NCBI GenBank assembly: GCA_054600435.1
Contig: BAAIJX010000079.1
Coordinates: 1 to 64,000, forward strand
Source: Neophaeotheca triangularis
Taxonomy: Eukaryota
Reading direction: 5' to 3'
Length of the DNA: 64,000 bases
A model generated the notes under the pieces. It was not told the origin of the DNA. It was given only the letters and a program-made list of their open reading frames with translations, and searched no databases. Position numbers and translations under genes: made by a program. Positions within the stretch are counted from its first letter, which is position 1; each line of letters starts with the position of its first letter. Below are positions 13,680 through 26,218 of the stretch, piece after piece.

Positions 13680-16118
13680 CTAGACCCCAGTAGCACCCGC
13701 ACCACCTTGCCCTTCACCTTGCCCTTCACCCTGCCCTTCATCACCCTGCCCCGGCATTCCTACTCCTAATTGATCATCAAACCCCCCACCCCCGGCGTCC
13801 CCAAAGTCAAGAATTCCAGCATCCCCATGCTCGTCACCAAAATCCGCCAGGTCGTTGAAAGTGTTGTCGTTGAAGAGGGCGGCGTCTTCGGCGGCTGGGG
13901 TGTTCGAGTTGGTGGCGGTGTTGACATCCGTGTTTGTAGGCGGCACGTTGGCGCTGTTGATGTGACCGGGGTCCGTGGGTGGGGGTTCGGAGGTCTCGGC
14001 TGCGGCCGTGGTGGCCGTGGCTCCTGGCGGCGCTGACGGGGTTTCCATGGCGGTTTCGGCGGCATCTTGGGGGGCGGTTGTTGTGTTGGCTGGAGGTTGG
14101 GGGGAGGGGGCTCGAGGTTGTTGTTCGGGTTGAGATTGCGGTTGCTGCTGGGTCTTGGGAGGGGATTGCGCTTGCGGCTCGGGTTGTATTTGCGCGTTGT
14201 CTGGAGTGCCAAAGTTAAGATCGCTGTTGTCAATATCCATATTGATGTCGTCCATGAAGGAGGTATCTTCGTTGGCGTCGAGGTTGGTGTCGTCCACGCC
14301 GCTGTCGCCTTGAGACGTACCATTGCCTGGGGTATTCTGCTGACTAGGCTGCTGTTGCTGCTGCGGCATTTGAGGTAGCTGTTCTTGAGGAGGTGCTGGC
14401 GAAAAGGTCGGTTGCGGAATCTCTGGCGGAATCTTGTCGTCAAGCTGCTCGCCCAGTGTATTCGGAGCTGGACTTTGCTTAAAGTCCATGGTGCTGCTGT
14501 TCCCTGTGTCTGCGGCGGAGGGTTGCTGAAGGCTAGTCATTTCCTTGGACAGATCCATAGCGCTACCCCTGCGAGCATCCTGAGGTCGGTCCTCCTCATG
14601 CTCCAGCCCACCCCTCTCAACGAGCGTCGCTTCTTTGCGAGACGTAATCGTGACATTGAGTGAAGCCTCGACGTCCCGGATTACATCCTCTACGGTTTCT
14701 TTGGCACCACCATCACCATGGCCGTTAGTAGCCTCAAGCCTGAAAGTATGTACGCCATCCTCCTGACCTTCCCAACTGGCCATCCTCAACCTCTTTTCAG
14801 CCTGCGAGAGAGTCTTGGTCTTCTTCCATTCCTGCATCTTCGCTGCATGCTCATCCTTCATCCTCTGAATCTCCGCCTGACCATCTGCTAGGTGCTTATC
14901 CACGCGCTTGTTGAACTCTTCCAGCTGCTCTTGCGTGAGGTTTGTGAATGGCTGGGCTTCTTTCGGCTTGCCCGTCTTGTCCTTTTGTCCTTCGACCAGC
15001 TCATCAGATGGAGGTTCAAGAATGCCATCAGTCAGACCTCTCAGCTCGCCCATTAGTCCCATACCCAAATCTGCCGGTACAATCTGCCCCGACGCATAAG
15101 GAGAGGAGAAGACCTCTTCCATCCAGCGGTGATGCTGGCTGTAGCGTGCGACACTAATGTCTCGAGGTGTCAGGTGATCGAAGTAGTCGCCTAAAGCAGT
15201 GTTCTCCTCATCCTCAATGGTCGTGTCTGGCAAACTCTCACTCCCACGGGCAGCATTAGGTGGAGCAGCTTGTCTCTGCCTTTTCGCAGGCGGCGGACCA
15301 CTCGCTGGCTGAGGGTAATACGACTGAGCTTGCGCTTGACGATGTTGCGGCAGTTGCATACCGGGTATGGCGTTTTGATTGTACATCGCAGGCTGTTGCA
15401 TCCTGTTGTTATTTGGCAAATTGATGGTCGGCCAGTGCTCGCGATCGTGCAACATGAAGTCTTTCCTTTCCAGCCCACCTTGCGCCTCAAGGAATCGCCG
15501 CTCACTCATCGTCTGACTCGTCGTCTGGCGCATTTGCGGCGTCACTGGCACTTGATTCGCTGGCATCACACGATTCGGATCGGCTTGGTGGTAGTGGACG
15601 ATCCAAAGACAAGGATCCGGAGGCGGCGCATTCACTGTTGGGTGCTTTTGGATCAGGCGATACCGCGTACGGGCATGCGCAGTGGTTTGGTCGATACCGG
15701 GACGGTAGCCGGCTGTGTGGACTCTCATCTCGACCACATACCCGGCATACTCTTGTTGGTAGCTTGACTCTGGATCACACCATACGTAGCCATCGCTCGG
15801 GTATTGTTGGTCCTGGTGCTTGCCAGAGAGCCATTCTAAAACGACAGTACCGTCTTGAGGAGCTTGTAGGTAGCTCCATGACATGGGAGCCACTTGTTTG
15901 ACCACGCCTGGGGCTTGGATGAGGTACTGGAATGATTGCTCGACCGAAAGATGCGCGATTGTAGGGAATCGATTGTTGCTAAGAAGATGGACATGGTTTT
16001 GCTGTGAAGGGATACGGTATTAGCGCTCGTTCAATGGCAGTCGCAGAGCAATTCCAGCACTCACCAACTGCGGCGCGAGCTTGTCGCTCGGATCGTTAAT
16101 CTGCTGCGACATTTGCAT
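13680..16118 (-). CDS. ssr4: SWI/SNF and RSC complex subunit Ssr4-like (DUF1750) protein
   Basis: Exon 1 MQMSQQINDPSDKLAPQL, intron, then QNHVHLLSNNRFP...YPSDGYVW.DPE...HARTRYRL...LWIVHY...FMLHDREHWPTI...GDYFDHLTPRDISVARYSQHHRWMEEVFSSPY. Confidence 0.85.
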
Positions 16119-18414
16119 TGTGACGGTAGTGATATCACGATGCGGTCGAGTCGCGAAAGGAGCTCTGTGAATTATTGTAGCTTCAACGTCGACAAGAAGA
16201 CGCGCCCGTTCGCGCGCAAGCTCAAGCGTAGCAGGCGCGCCAAGCATCACGTGACCATCAGCTGAGTCACTCCCGTGCGCGCATGGGCCTCCCGCTGCAA
16301 ATACATATTCACGTCCATCTCTCTTGCAAACCCTCTTCTTCTTTTCCCCATCCGAGTGCAAGGGCATTAACTGTAGCAGTGAGAATTCGTTCGAGGTATG
16401 CCCATGTCCCTTCTACCATGCGCAATACCTTCAGTCTACTAACGTACTTCACAGCTCAGTTTATTGCTAGTTGAAAACTAATCAACGACCCCCATGTTGG
16501 ACTTCGGTTCGGCAAGGAATTTTTGGCAACCTACTCCGAAGCTGTATGGATCAGCGCTTTTCATCAGTTCACTGGGCTTGCTGTGGCGGCTTGGGATTGG
16601 AGAAGATTTTCTGCATGGTAGTGAAGAAGGCTACTGTTGGCACGGATGTATGTCGCGATGGCGAGACCAGCTGCACGAGGTGGCATGACTGCCTTGTTCG
16701 TCGATGAAGATTGCACCATTCCGCAGCGGCGATCCATTGTACGCTCGCTGGCCTTCATCCGCCTCTCACTTCCACTCGATCGTACTTTTGGAGCCATCGA
16801 CCGAAGTAAATCTCAATAACGACTTGCAGGAGACTGCGAGACTGCTTCACGACCCAAGCCCCCATCTTGAGGCCGAAGGAGACAAGCGCGTCAGCAGCAA
16901 AGCTGGGCTTCAACATCAATCTCCCCTCCGTATTGCACTACCTGACCATCGGCTACCATTGAGTCTGGCAAGACGACCACGAGAACGGGAGGTGCTGAGA
17001 TCAACAACCACAAGGCCAGAAAGGACTCGTCGTCTCCCGACCTTTTCTCCGCCAAATATTCGCTTCTAAACCACGAGCACTCCGTTCAAAAAGCACTCAG
17101 CGGAAATCAACTTTCCTGCTGCTTTGCGCTTCTCCATCTAACGCTCCGCCTCAACAAAATATCTATGGGCACCTCCGCACCACAGCGAGGAATGAGCTCC
17201 ACGCCAATACAACGATGAGTTGTCTCATCTCAGTCACACGAGGGAGAAGCGGGCAGTTTCCGAGTCCCGCTCCAGCGTTGGAAGAACGGGATCACAAGCA
17301 ACACGCAATCGAGCATGCGCAAGTAACAACTCCCACAACAAGCAAGATCACAGCACCCAACCAATCGTTCCCGCCGCCGCCGCTCTTTTCTCTCGCCGCG
17401 GGAATTTCTTCAGAGGTGAAAGCCGAGCAACCCTATACGTATCCAGCGGCATCGAAAGTTCTCAAACTCCACATCAGCTTACGCGGCAGAGAAAAGAGCC
17501 ATTATTATTGTTCCCGGTCGTAGCTCGTAGACACCACCACTACGGCACTACTAGCTCCTTCAACCCGCAATAGGAGGGACCCCTAAAGCCCCCTCAGAAC
17601 AAACGTACCTCGTCCCGAAACGGAAAAAGCAGCTCACAACAAGACACAAGCTTCCGGGTCCTGCACGCAACCCTTCCATCTCATCCCCAAACCATCAAAA
17701 AAGCCTACAAAACCACCGCGTAAGCAGAAAAAGACCCCGCGAATCAGCAACCTCCGCTCCCCCAACCCACGATCGAAACACCAGCAGTTCCACCCCAACC
17801 CCACGACAACCTCCACCAGCCCGAGCCAAGCAGGCAAAAGGCAAAGTACGTACCTCTTGTAACCAAACAACACACACGCAGGTACCTACGCACGTGAAAA
17901 AGAAAACGGGAAACAAAGAACAAAACCCCCACCGAGTCATTCGCAGCCAACCACTTGGGTGATAAATAATAAGAGATCGAGTACACGGGTATGTATACCT
18001 TGCGATAGCCGAAAAGACAAAAAAAGGTTACGAGCAAGAAGGCCCAAGTAGCAAATGGTAGTAGAGTTTGCCCTCCAAAAGCCCGTGAGCCAGAACGCTG
18101 GGTTGGGTTCAGTCAGGGCTGGCTTTTTATTCACCATCCTCGAGCCCGGCTCTCGGGTTTGGTTAGTTAGTTAGTCTACCACAACCTCACACATATTCTT
18201 CTGCCTTTCCCGGCCTATAGGAACCTCGTTGAACTGAATTGGATTGAGTGACTAGGCGGGCGACTTTGAGTGAATAGACTACCTACATACATGATTCAAG
18301 GTCGGTCCCTTTCTTTCCGTAGGTCGTAGCGGCGGTGCGGTTCCAGAGATCTCTAGCGCCGCCGGGTGGGTTTCGTACCTAGTTTATGCAATTTCAGGCA
18401 ATTTATATGAGTTA

Positions 18415-18587
18415 CGACAGCGACGACGATGATAGCGACGTTGATAGCGACGACCACGACGACGACCACGACCACGACGACCACGACCACGACGACCGCG
18501 ACCACGACGACAACGGCGACGACAACGGCGACGACTATACAGACGACGACAACAACGACCACGACGATAACGACAACGACAACGACA
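18415..18587. repeat. Degenerate (GAC/CAC/AAC)n trinucleotide tract
   Basis: Directly visible cgacgaccacgac... run. Confidence 0.85.
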
Positions 18588-18730
18588 AAAACACAAAGCC
18601 ACAAAAAAAAGAAAAAAAGCCAATATCAACAAAGACCATACCACACCCACCCACCTACCTACCATACCTACCTTAGTTCAGGGCCCGCCCATTGATCACC
18701 AACCACATCAGCCCCCATCCATAATCATGA

Positions 18731-18818
18731 CCATAACCATATCCGTATCCATAACCATATCCAAATCCAAATCCAAATCCAAATCCAAATCCAAATCCAA
18801 ATCCAAATCCAAATCCAT
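18731..18818. repeat. Hexamer microsatellite (AATCCA)n with degenerate (ATAACC/ATATCC) leader
   Basis: Directly visible. Confidence 0.9.
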
Positions 18819-19006
18819 AAACCTCCCGTCCCAAATTCTCTATCCATCCTCCATCCATCCTAGACTTCACATTTCCTTCCCCTCCTCCTCTTCCTCCTCT
18901 CTAGGTCCTCTCCAGCCCCTTCAACGAGTGAGAGTAGCAAGGGAGCAGGCAAATGTCGACGAGTCGGCCCAGGTCGACGTGCAGTACGGCGACGGCGACG
19001 GCGACG

Positions 19007-19012
<6 letters not shown>

Positions 19013-19100
<88 letters not shown>
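19013..19100. repeat. Compound (GA)n(GT)n microsatellite
   Basis: Directly visible. Confidence 0.97.
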
Positions 19101-19103
<3 letters not shown>

Positions 19104-19241
19104 CGTGTATTGAAAAGGCCGCGAGGTTATTAAATTTTTATGTAGCCAAGGTAGTGGAAGTTCGAGACTAAGTGGGTGGCTTGGGTTGTTAGTATGGACG
19201 CAGACAGATAGACAGACAGACAGCTATACAGATAGACAGTA

Positions 19242-19739
19242 AGACAGTACCCAAGTATACAGAGGAGCAAACCTAGATGAATAGAGAAAACAAACGAGTT
19301 ACTACGGAAGAAAGAAGGAAAAACAGACAGGACCCAGGTATACTAAGAAACCAACCCCGACGAATAGAGAAAACAAATAATTTACTACGGAAGAAAGAAG
19401 AAAAGATAGACAGGACCTAAGTATACAGAGAAGCAAACCCCGACGAATAGAGAAAGCAAACGAGTTACTGCGGAAGAAAGAAGAAAATACAGACAGTACC
19501 TAGATATACAGAGAAGCAAACCCCGACGAATAGAGAAAACAAACGGGTTACTACGGAAGAAAGAAGAAAATACAGACAGTACCTAGGTATACAGAGAAGC
19601 AAACCCCGACGAATAGAGAGAACAAACGAGTTACTGCGGAAGAAAGAAGAAAAGATAGACAGTACCCAAGTATACAGAGAAACAAACCCCGACGAATAGA
19701 GAAAACAAACGAGTTACTGCGGAAGAAGGAAAAGAAAAA
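19242..19739. repeat. 83-bp tandem minisatellite, about 6 copies
   Basis: (C/T)GAATAGAG anchor at 19278, 19361, 19444, 19527, 19610, 19693, each 83 bp apart. Confidence 0.95.
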
Positions 19740-20474
19740 AGAGAAGAGTGTGAAATGAACAGTTCAGAAACAGTTGATTCGATTCGAGTGCTTCATTCCC
19801 GACTCTACGCTACGCCCATCCACCTCCCTTTCCCCTTTCCATTCAAACCATCAGTAAAGTCCCCCACCCAACCCCCAAAAAAGGAAACAATAAAAGGGAA
19901 AACCGCAAAAAGCCCAGATGCCAGTCGCCGCTGGCCTGGTAAGTCCCCTGATCCCGCAAGTCTCAATCCTACCAAGCCATCCAATCCGTAACAATGGCAG
20001 CGGTGGTGGTGGTGGTGATGGTACAAAACGCCATATCCCCCCATAAGAAAGAGGAACTTTCCAAAAACACAAGAGAAAGAACCGCCAAGCCAACCCATCC
20101 AGACCCAGACCCAGACCCAGACCCCTCTGAGTAATAAAAGTGGTAGCGGTGGTGATGGCAATTGGTAGTACAGCTCGCTAGAACGCCGCACAGTCGAAAG
20201 AAAGTCGAATGAAAAAGAGGTCGTGTATGTCGAAGCGTGAAAAAGGTTGTCTCTGGTAGAGAACAAGAAACGCCTTCGCTGCGAGGTTCGCCGTGCCTCG
20301 AAGTCCTGGAATAAAAAGAGGAAAGAAGAGAAGATGATGTAGAAAACGCCGTTGGTCCGTTAAGCCGTTGGTCTCCCTGGTAAAGCTTTTGTCTCGTGAA
20401 AGTGGTGTAGAGTAAAGAAGAAGAACAAGAAGAAGAAGAAGAAAAGGTGCCGGTGTCGGGAATGTGGTGGTGGG

Positions 20475-22444
20475 CTAGTAAGAGGCCATCCTCCTAGCGA
20501 AGCTGCTGCCGCCTCCGAACCCGGGCGAGATGTCAAGACCCATGTCGATAGCGCTGACGGTCCTGTTGCCAATACCGCCACGCCCGGCTGCCGTGGGCGA
20601 ATCCTCCAACTCGTCGTGGCAGTTTTGGCCAAAAGCAAAAGTCTGAGCGCGGTTAAGTGGCGCGCGACGTTGCTGCTTGACCTTGGCGAGACCGGCTTCG
20701 CAAGCCTCTTCGTGGCGGTGGTCGTTCATCTCGACGTAGGATTGAGGATAGCATTTGGAAGGGTTGTTGGAGAAGAATTTGCTGTAACCGCCATCGAGGA
20801 TGTACATCTCGGGGTAGGTGAGGTGGGGGTAAGAGGCGGCGTTGATGTTGCGATCATGGTTGCGGATGTACTTGGCAGTCAGCGGGGCGCGGTGGACCGA
20901 ATACTCGCAGTGGAAGATGAGGAGCGTCGAGGAGGAGTGGTCGCCGGTGAAGAGCTTGTCGGCTAGGTTGGTTTTGTCGTTAAAGTTGACGGCACCATCA
21001 ATGTGGCCGCCATTGTATTCGTATTCAAAACGGCAATCGATGATGGAGATTTGATCGTAGCTGTCGTTGTACTTGCCGTCAAGGATGTCAACCATGGACT
21101 CGCGGGTGATGCGAGGGAGGCTGTCTGGCTCCTCGTCAGGGATGAAGTGAGGGAGTTTCGGGGTGTGAGAGGCGGTGTCCATGTCAACATCCATCACGGA
21201 TGCCAAGGTCGGCGCTGGTTGCTCGTATGATTCCTCCTCCTCCTTCATAACCTCATCCGGGTGTTGAAACATGCTCAAGGATCGCCTCATTTGCTTCCTC
21301 GGCGGCCTGCTCAATGGTTGGCGACCTTGGGAAGGCTTCCTGACGTGGCAAGCCGACGGTGACCCAGTAGCGCGGCTACCGTTGCTGAGCGATGTTCGAC
21401 GCGGAGGGGGTGGCATCATTGCGCTGGGGTCGAATTGCTTGCGCTCTTGCTGTTGTACCGGTGACTCGCAGTGAGTTTCAAGTAGCGTGGGCGTTGAGGC
21501 GGATTGTAAGCCATTGGTAGCGACGGCACCAAACTGAAAGGCAGGGAGCTGGTTCTCTGCTGTCGAAGGCCTCGTCGGGATGCAGTTCATAGAGTAGCCC
21601 TTTGAACGGGACAACGAAGGACGAGTGACGGGACGCCTGCGCCTGTTGGGTATTAGCAGAGTGAATGAGTGGCACCAGTGCATCGACAAGACTTACTCAG
21701 GCACTGGCAGAAAGGTTGGCGCCAGAACAGGGGGAGGGGCCGTTGGAGTGAGATCTTGATCCGGAGACAGCAAGTCCGGAGACGACATGCTCTCATCGGC
21801 ACTCGGAGTCTCTTCCGGTGATGGGGAGGGAAGAGTGACTTGAGCGACAAAGTAGGGAGCCTTGTGAGGCAGCGGCGAGATGTCCATTCCGTCAGCTCCG
21901 GGGGACGACGCTGGGATTGGTGGAGTAGTTGCGTCTTCCGTCTCGATTGGAGGAGTAGACAATCGATCTTTCTCAAAGTGTCAGCTCAACCATCATCATT
22001 CAGCTTCATCAAACTACAGTACTTACCAGTCTCGTCCAGAGGCTTGAAAATGTTGGCCGTGAATAATGATCTCCGTGGCGTCGGGACTTGGGGACTGCAG
22101 CAACAATGTCAGTTGGTATTCTAGAACCTGCAGGCGAGGAATGTGGCTCACCTCGATTCAATGTGGAAGTTGGCGTCTAGATCGGCCGTCAAGCTGGATG
22201 TTGGCGAGGATCGCTGCACGGGTTTGCTGTTGAAGTAGTCCTTGGGCTGAGATTTGGGCTGCGGTTTGGGTTTGGGTTTGGTCTGTTGTTGCGGTTGGAA
22301 CATGCTCATCGTCTTGAAGTCGTATTGACCTGTAGAGGTGAAGGTGTTCCAATGACCAAATCTACCAATTCCCAAATCTTTGCGGTTGCCCCATGTCGGG
22401 ACAGGTTGTGGCCGCATAGCAGCTAATGGTGATGAGAACTCCAT
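20475..22444 (-). CDS. cdc25: M-phase inducer phosphatase Cdc25 (NimT/Mih1 orthologue), 4 exons
   Basis: MEFSSPLAAM N-terminus, SPTSSLTADLDANFHI, rhodanese domain IIDCRFEYEYNGGHIDGAVN...FHCEYSVHRAP...YPHLTYPEMYILDGGYSKF. Confidence 0.95.
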
Positions 22445-22838
22445 GATGGGTTATGTGTGTGTGTGTGTGGTAAAAGTGAGCTATGGAAGCTATCTTGGGC
22501 TATGTAGCTATGTCGAAGTATCCCGTCTCCTGTAGGGTTGGGTATGTGGGAATGTCGACCAAGTATGGCATATGCAAGCAAGTCAATGCTAGCAAGTGTA
22601 TATGCCGGGGAGGGGGATGTTGGATGGGTTTGGTGGAGTTATTGGACGAGCATTATCGGGTGGATGGGTGGTTTGGTGGTGGTGATGCGGCTGAGAGTCG
22701 TTGGAGTCGATTGTGGTGGTGAGGGTATGAGGATGTTGCTAAACGAGCGTTTGCTGACCAGATGAAGAGGAGGAGAAGGAGTTGGTCAAGACTTCCTTTT
22801 GCAGACTACCCTGTCGTGTTGGAGTAGGAGTAGGAGGA

Positions 22839-22877
22839 GTGGTGGTGGTGGTGGTGGTGGTGGTGGTGGTGGTGGTG
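22839..22877. repeat. (GGT)n microsatellite upstream of cdc25
   Basis: Directly visible. Confidence 0.9.
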
Positions 22878-25800
22878 ATGATCCCGGTGGTGGTGATGGT
22901 CGAGGATGAAGGAGAGTAGTACTGCTGGCAGAGAGGGAAGCCAATGGTTAACTGGTACAAAACGAGTGGAAGAGAGAGGGTACAAGATTAAGAAGCATCT
23001 AGCATTGGCAAAAGATGGAGATGGGGGCTGCGTTGCCAGGGCAGAGTAGGTAGTAGAGTAGTAGTAACGTTAGTTGGCTGAGCTGAGGAGGGGTGGCCCT
23101 GTCGTTGCTCGCAGAGTCCCGTCGTAGCCTTAGGTAGCCTCGTACTAGTTAGTAGTAAGTACCTAGTATACCTAGTAGGTAGTACCCAGTAGTAGTACCG
23201 TACCTAAGCCTGCAGCCTGCAGCCTGCAGAAGACAGACAGTGGACACGCTAAGGCCTGCTGTGCTCAAGCTCAAGCCCCCCGGGCCCCGTTACATGCAAC
23301 AACATGCTGCATGCATGCCCCGTTCTCTTAGCGACACGCTCACCGAGCAACCCAGCTAGCGCCCGGTAATGTTAGTATGTATCAAGCTAAGGTGCCAGGT
23401 ACCTTCTGTATGGTACATATCTGATGTATATATGCAGCCTCATCAAAAGAGGTCCTCCTCGGGATCAATACTACTACTAGGAGGTACTACTACTGTAGAT
23501 GATGTCGGACAAGCACTAGGCGACGATACGATAGTTACCTTATGCTCCTTCCAATCCGGTGGCAAGCGTACAAAGTACATGCTACTGCTTGAACTACCTC
23601 CTCCTACAGTCCTACTGCTTGTACACTGTACCTTGCCTACCACTCACCAAAACCTGGTCGTAAACGAAGTGTATCATGCATTGACTTCATCCTCGCAGCG
23701 CCTATAATCCTCCAATCACGTCGTCGTATCTACTGAGCCGCAACAAATCTACTGGCCCTACGTGAAACATCGCTCTGGACGCACATCGACGATGGGCACC
23801 ACTTTTCCCTCTCTCTCTCTCTCTCGCTTTTATCCGCTCGTTGCAGCGAACCCAAAGGTTGTACCGGTAGTAGTGTACAGTGTAAGCCTGGCATCATTGT
23901 TATTATTAACAGCCCCGTCCCTTCGCCGTGGGAGAAGCTCCGCTGTGGGCAAGAAATGCTGAGAAACTCTCGTCCTACCCGAGCGAGCTCTTCCCTGGCC
24001 TTGCTTCTTCCGTTCGCTGCAAGGTACCGACGCCCCTCTCTTCTGGAGCGGTAGTACGACGGTAGGTACTTTCAAGCTCTCCACAGCCAGGAAAAAAGGT
24101 TTAGAGGGTCCATCTGCATGCGAGGGAGAGCTTTTCGGAGAATAAAACACCATGCCCCGTGTTCTGTTATCCCCGAGCATGAACATTAATGTCTTGAGAC
24201 TGTTGTTGATGCAGAGCCTCAGGATTTCCACATTCCACATGGTAGTCAAGCGTCTCGACCTTCTCACCACACCATCATCGCAATCTGCATGTCGTCATAT
24301 CATTATTTTGAAAACCAGAAATACATCAGAGAATAGACGCCATCTCCACGTCTTGATTGGTGTCTGAAGATAAAACCGTAGGATCAATCTAGCGGCCGAA
24401 CCCGCAGTGCCGTCGTCGGTCCTTATTCGCTGGATCGCTAGACGCTGAGCTGGCTGTAACAAAAGTACTAGTAGTACCTAGTGCCCCTCCCTTGACTTCC
24501 TTGACAACCCCGAGGACGAGGAGGACTAGAGGACCGTGACCCCCGCAGAGCAGACTCGGCAGGCTACAGGGGTCTACGTGAGAGTTTGCCCTTAGGAAGC
24601 TTTACCTGATCGAGCAAGTGGACATCCGTGAGCTGCTCTGCTGCTGCTGCTGTGGCTCAGTTCGGCCTCGCGTGGCACGTTTTGGAAAACCAGAGCAGAG
24701 ACGGGAGGCGGCCTTTGCACAAAACGGTCCCCGTGCTGCACAACTCTGCGATCGAGAGATGGCAGCTTTGAAGCTCGATGCCATCCACTTTCTGTGAAAT
24801 CCTCGATGGTCGTCGATGAGTCTGCAACGTCACGCAGCTCGAGTCTTCTCGATCCCGATGAAATGACAGGACACATAAAAGAGCACGGCTGCTCACCACT
24901 TATTACTCCTGACCAAGTTTTCCTTGCTCTGGTTTTGATTCTATCTCTGGGCTTACGGCGTGCTCTTTGCCGATTTGGCAGGCAATCCGTCCAACACTCT
25001 TGCACTCTGGTCGACTTCAATCTACGTCTCACACAAAGGATGGCTTTTTGTGACAACTCACCTCAACGTCACCCGCCCGCAGATCTTGATCAGTGCACTG
25101 CCGCCGCCGCCGCCGGTCAGACAGTGGGCGGCGCGTTGGCCCAGCCCTGAAGGGAGGCTCCTCAGTAGTGCTCAGGCCAATTTCTGCCTCTTGGGCGACG
25201 ACGGGAGAGAGACTGAAAAGAAGAGTCTTTCCTTCGCCAACGTCGGCCGCTTGCAATCGACGATGCGTTCGGCCGCCGTGGGTCTTGGGTGACGAAAATC
25301 GGCACGATGGTTTGCAGGGATATGGGATGTTGTGCGCCATGTTGGGACGTGCAGACTTGCAAAGGCTTGGGTGTTGGGGGATAGGACGGCAGAGTCAGAC
25401 GGATGATGATGAGGTGCGACGGTGCGACGGTGCGAGGTCTTACTTTACTGGGCAGGGCAAGGGCGATAATGGATCGGACGGCGTTGGAAGTATTGGCCTC
25501 GGGTGACGCGAAGCCGCGTTTGAGTAAACAAGCTCGGAAAGCACGCTAGCAGGCGAATTCACGTGAAACGAGTGCAGTATAAGGTACATTCGTAATTTAG
25601 GTACCTTACTCGTGCTTGGAACAGACACCTACCATTGCCGGTTTCTTGCCTTTTTTCCAACGCCAGAATTGCATCATATGATCGATTCGGGAATACCAAG
25701 AAAGCGGCCGATATCGAGTTTGATAATTGATTAGATCTTTTGACTTTGCAATAAAACCCCCAATAATCATGGACAAGGAGAAAAAAAAAAAACGTTGGCT

Positions 25801-26218
25801 GTTCTGCCTTGCCTGTGCTGTCTGGTAGAAGGGTTCCCAATCGGGTTAGCGCGTCTTGAATTCTCAACGACTTCACTTCCACCTATCCACAACATGCGGT
25901 GATGCCTCGACATGGTGAGGCGAACCTCCCAATATCTCCGACAAGTCCCTTCAACTAGCTGTGCAGAAGTGTACAGAGGCCCTTGAAGATAGCGTAGAGA
26001 CCTTCTTCGCCCTTGGACACGTTGCGTCGCTTTTCTCCAGTAAATCCCCGACGACCTGGACTCTCCGAGTTTTGTACTAGCTGTCTAGTGCCCCGCCCGG
26101 ACTTGTAAAAAGCCTACACATTTCCTCAAGGAACTGCATCCGCATCTGCTGTTGGGGACACGCCAAACTACTTTAACGTCCACGAACTACGGCCTTGGTC
26201 GATCCTCCTACCTACAGC

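Noticed and set aside
24592..25340. Possible two-exon minus-strand gene upstream of cdc25
   Set aside because: A GTGAGT donor and two ORFs exist, but there is no recognisable domain or clear acceptor; insufficient support.
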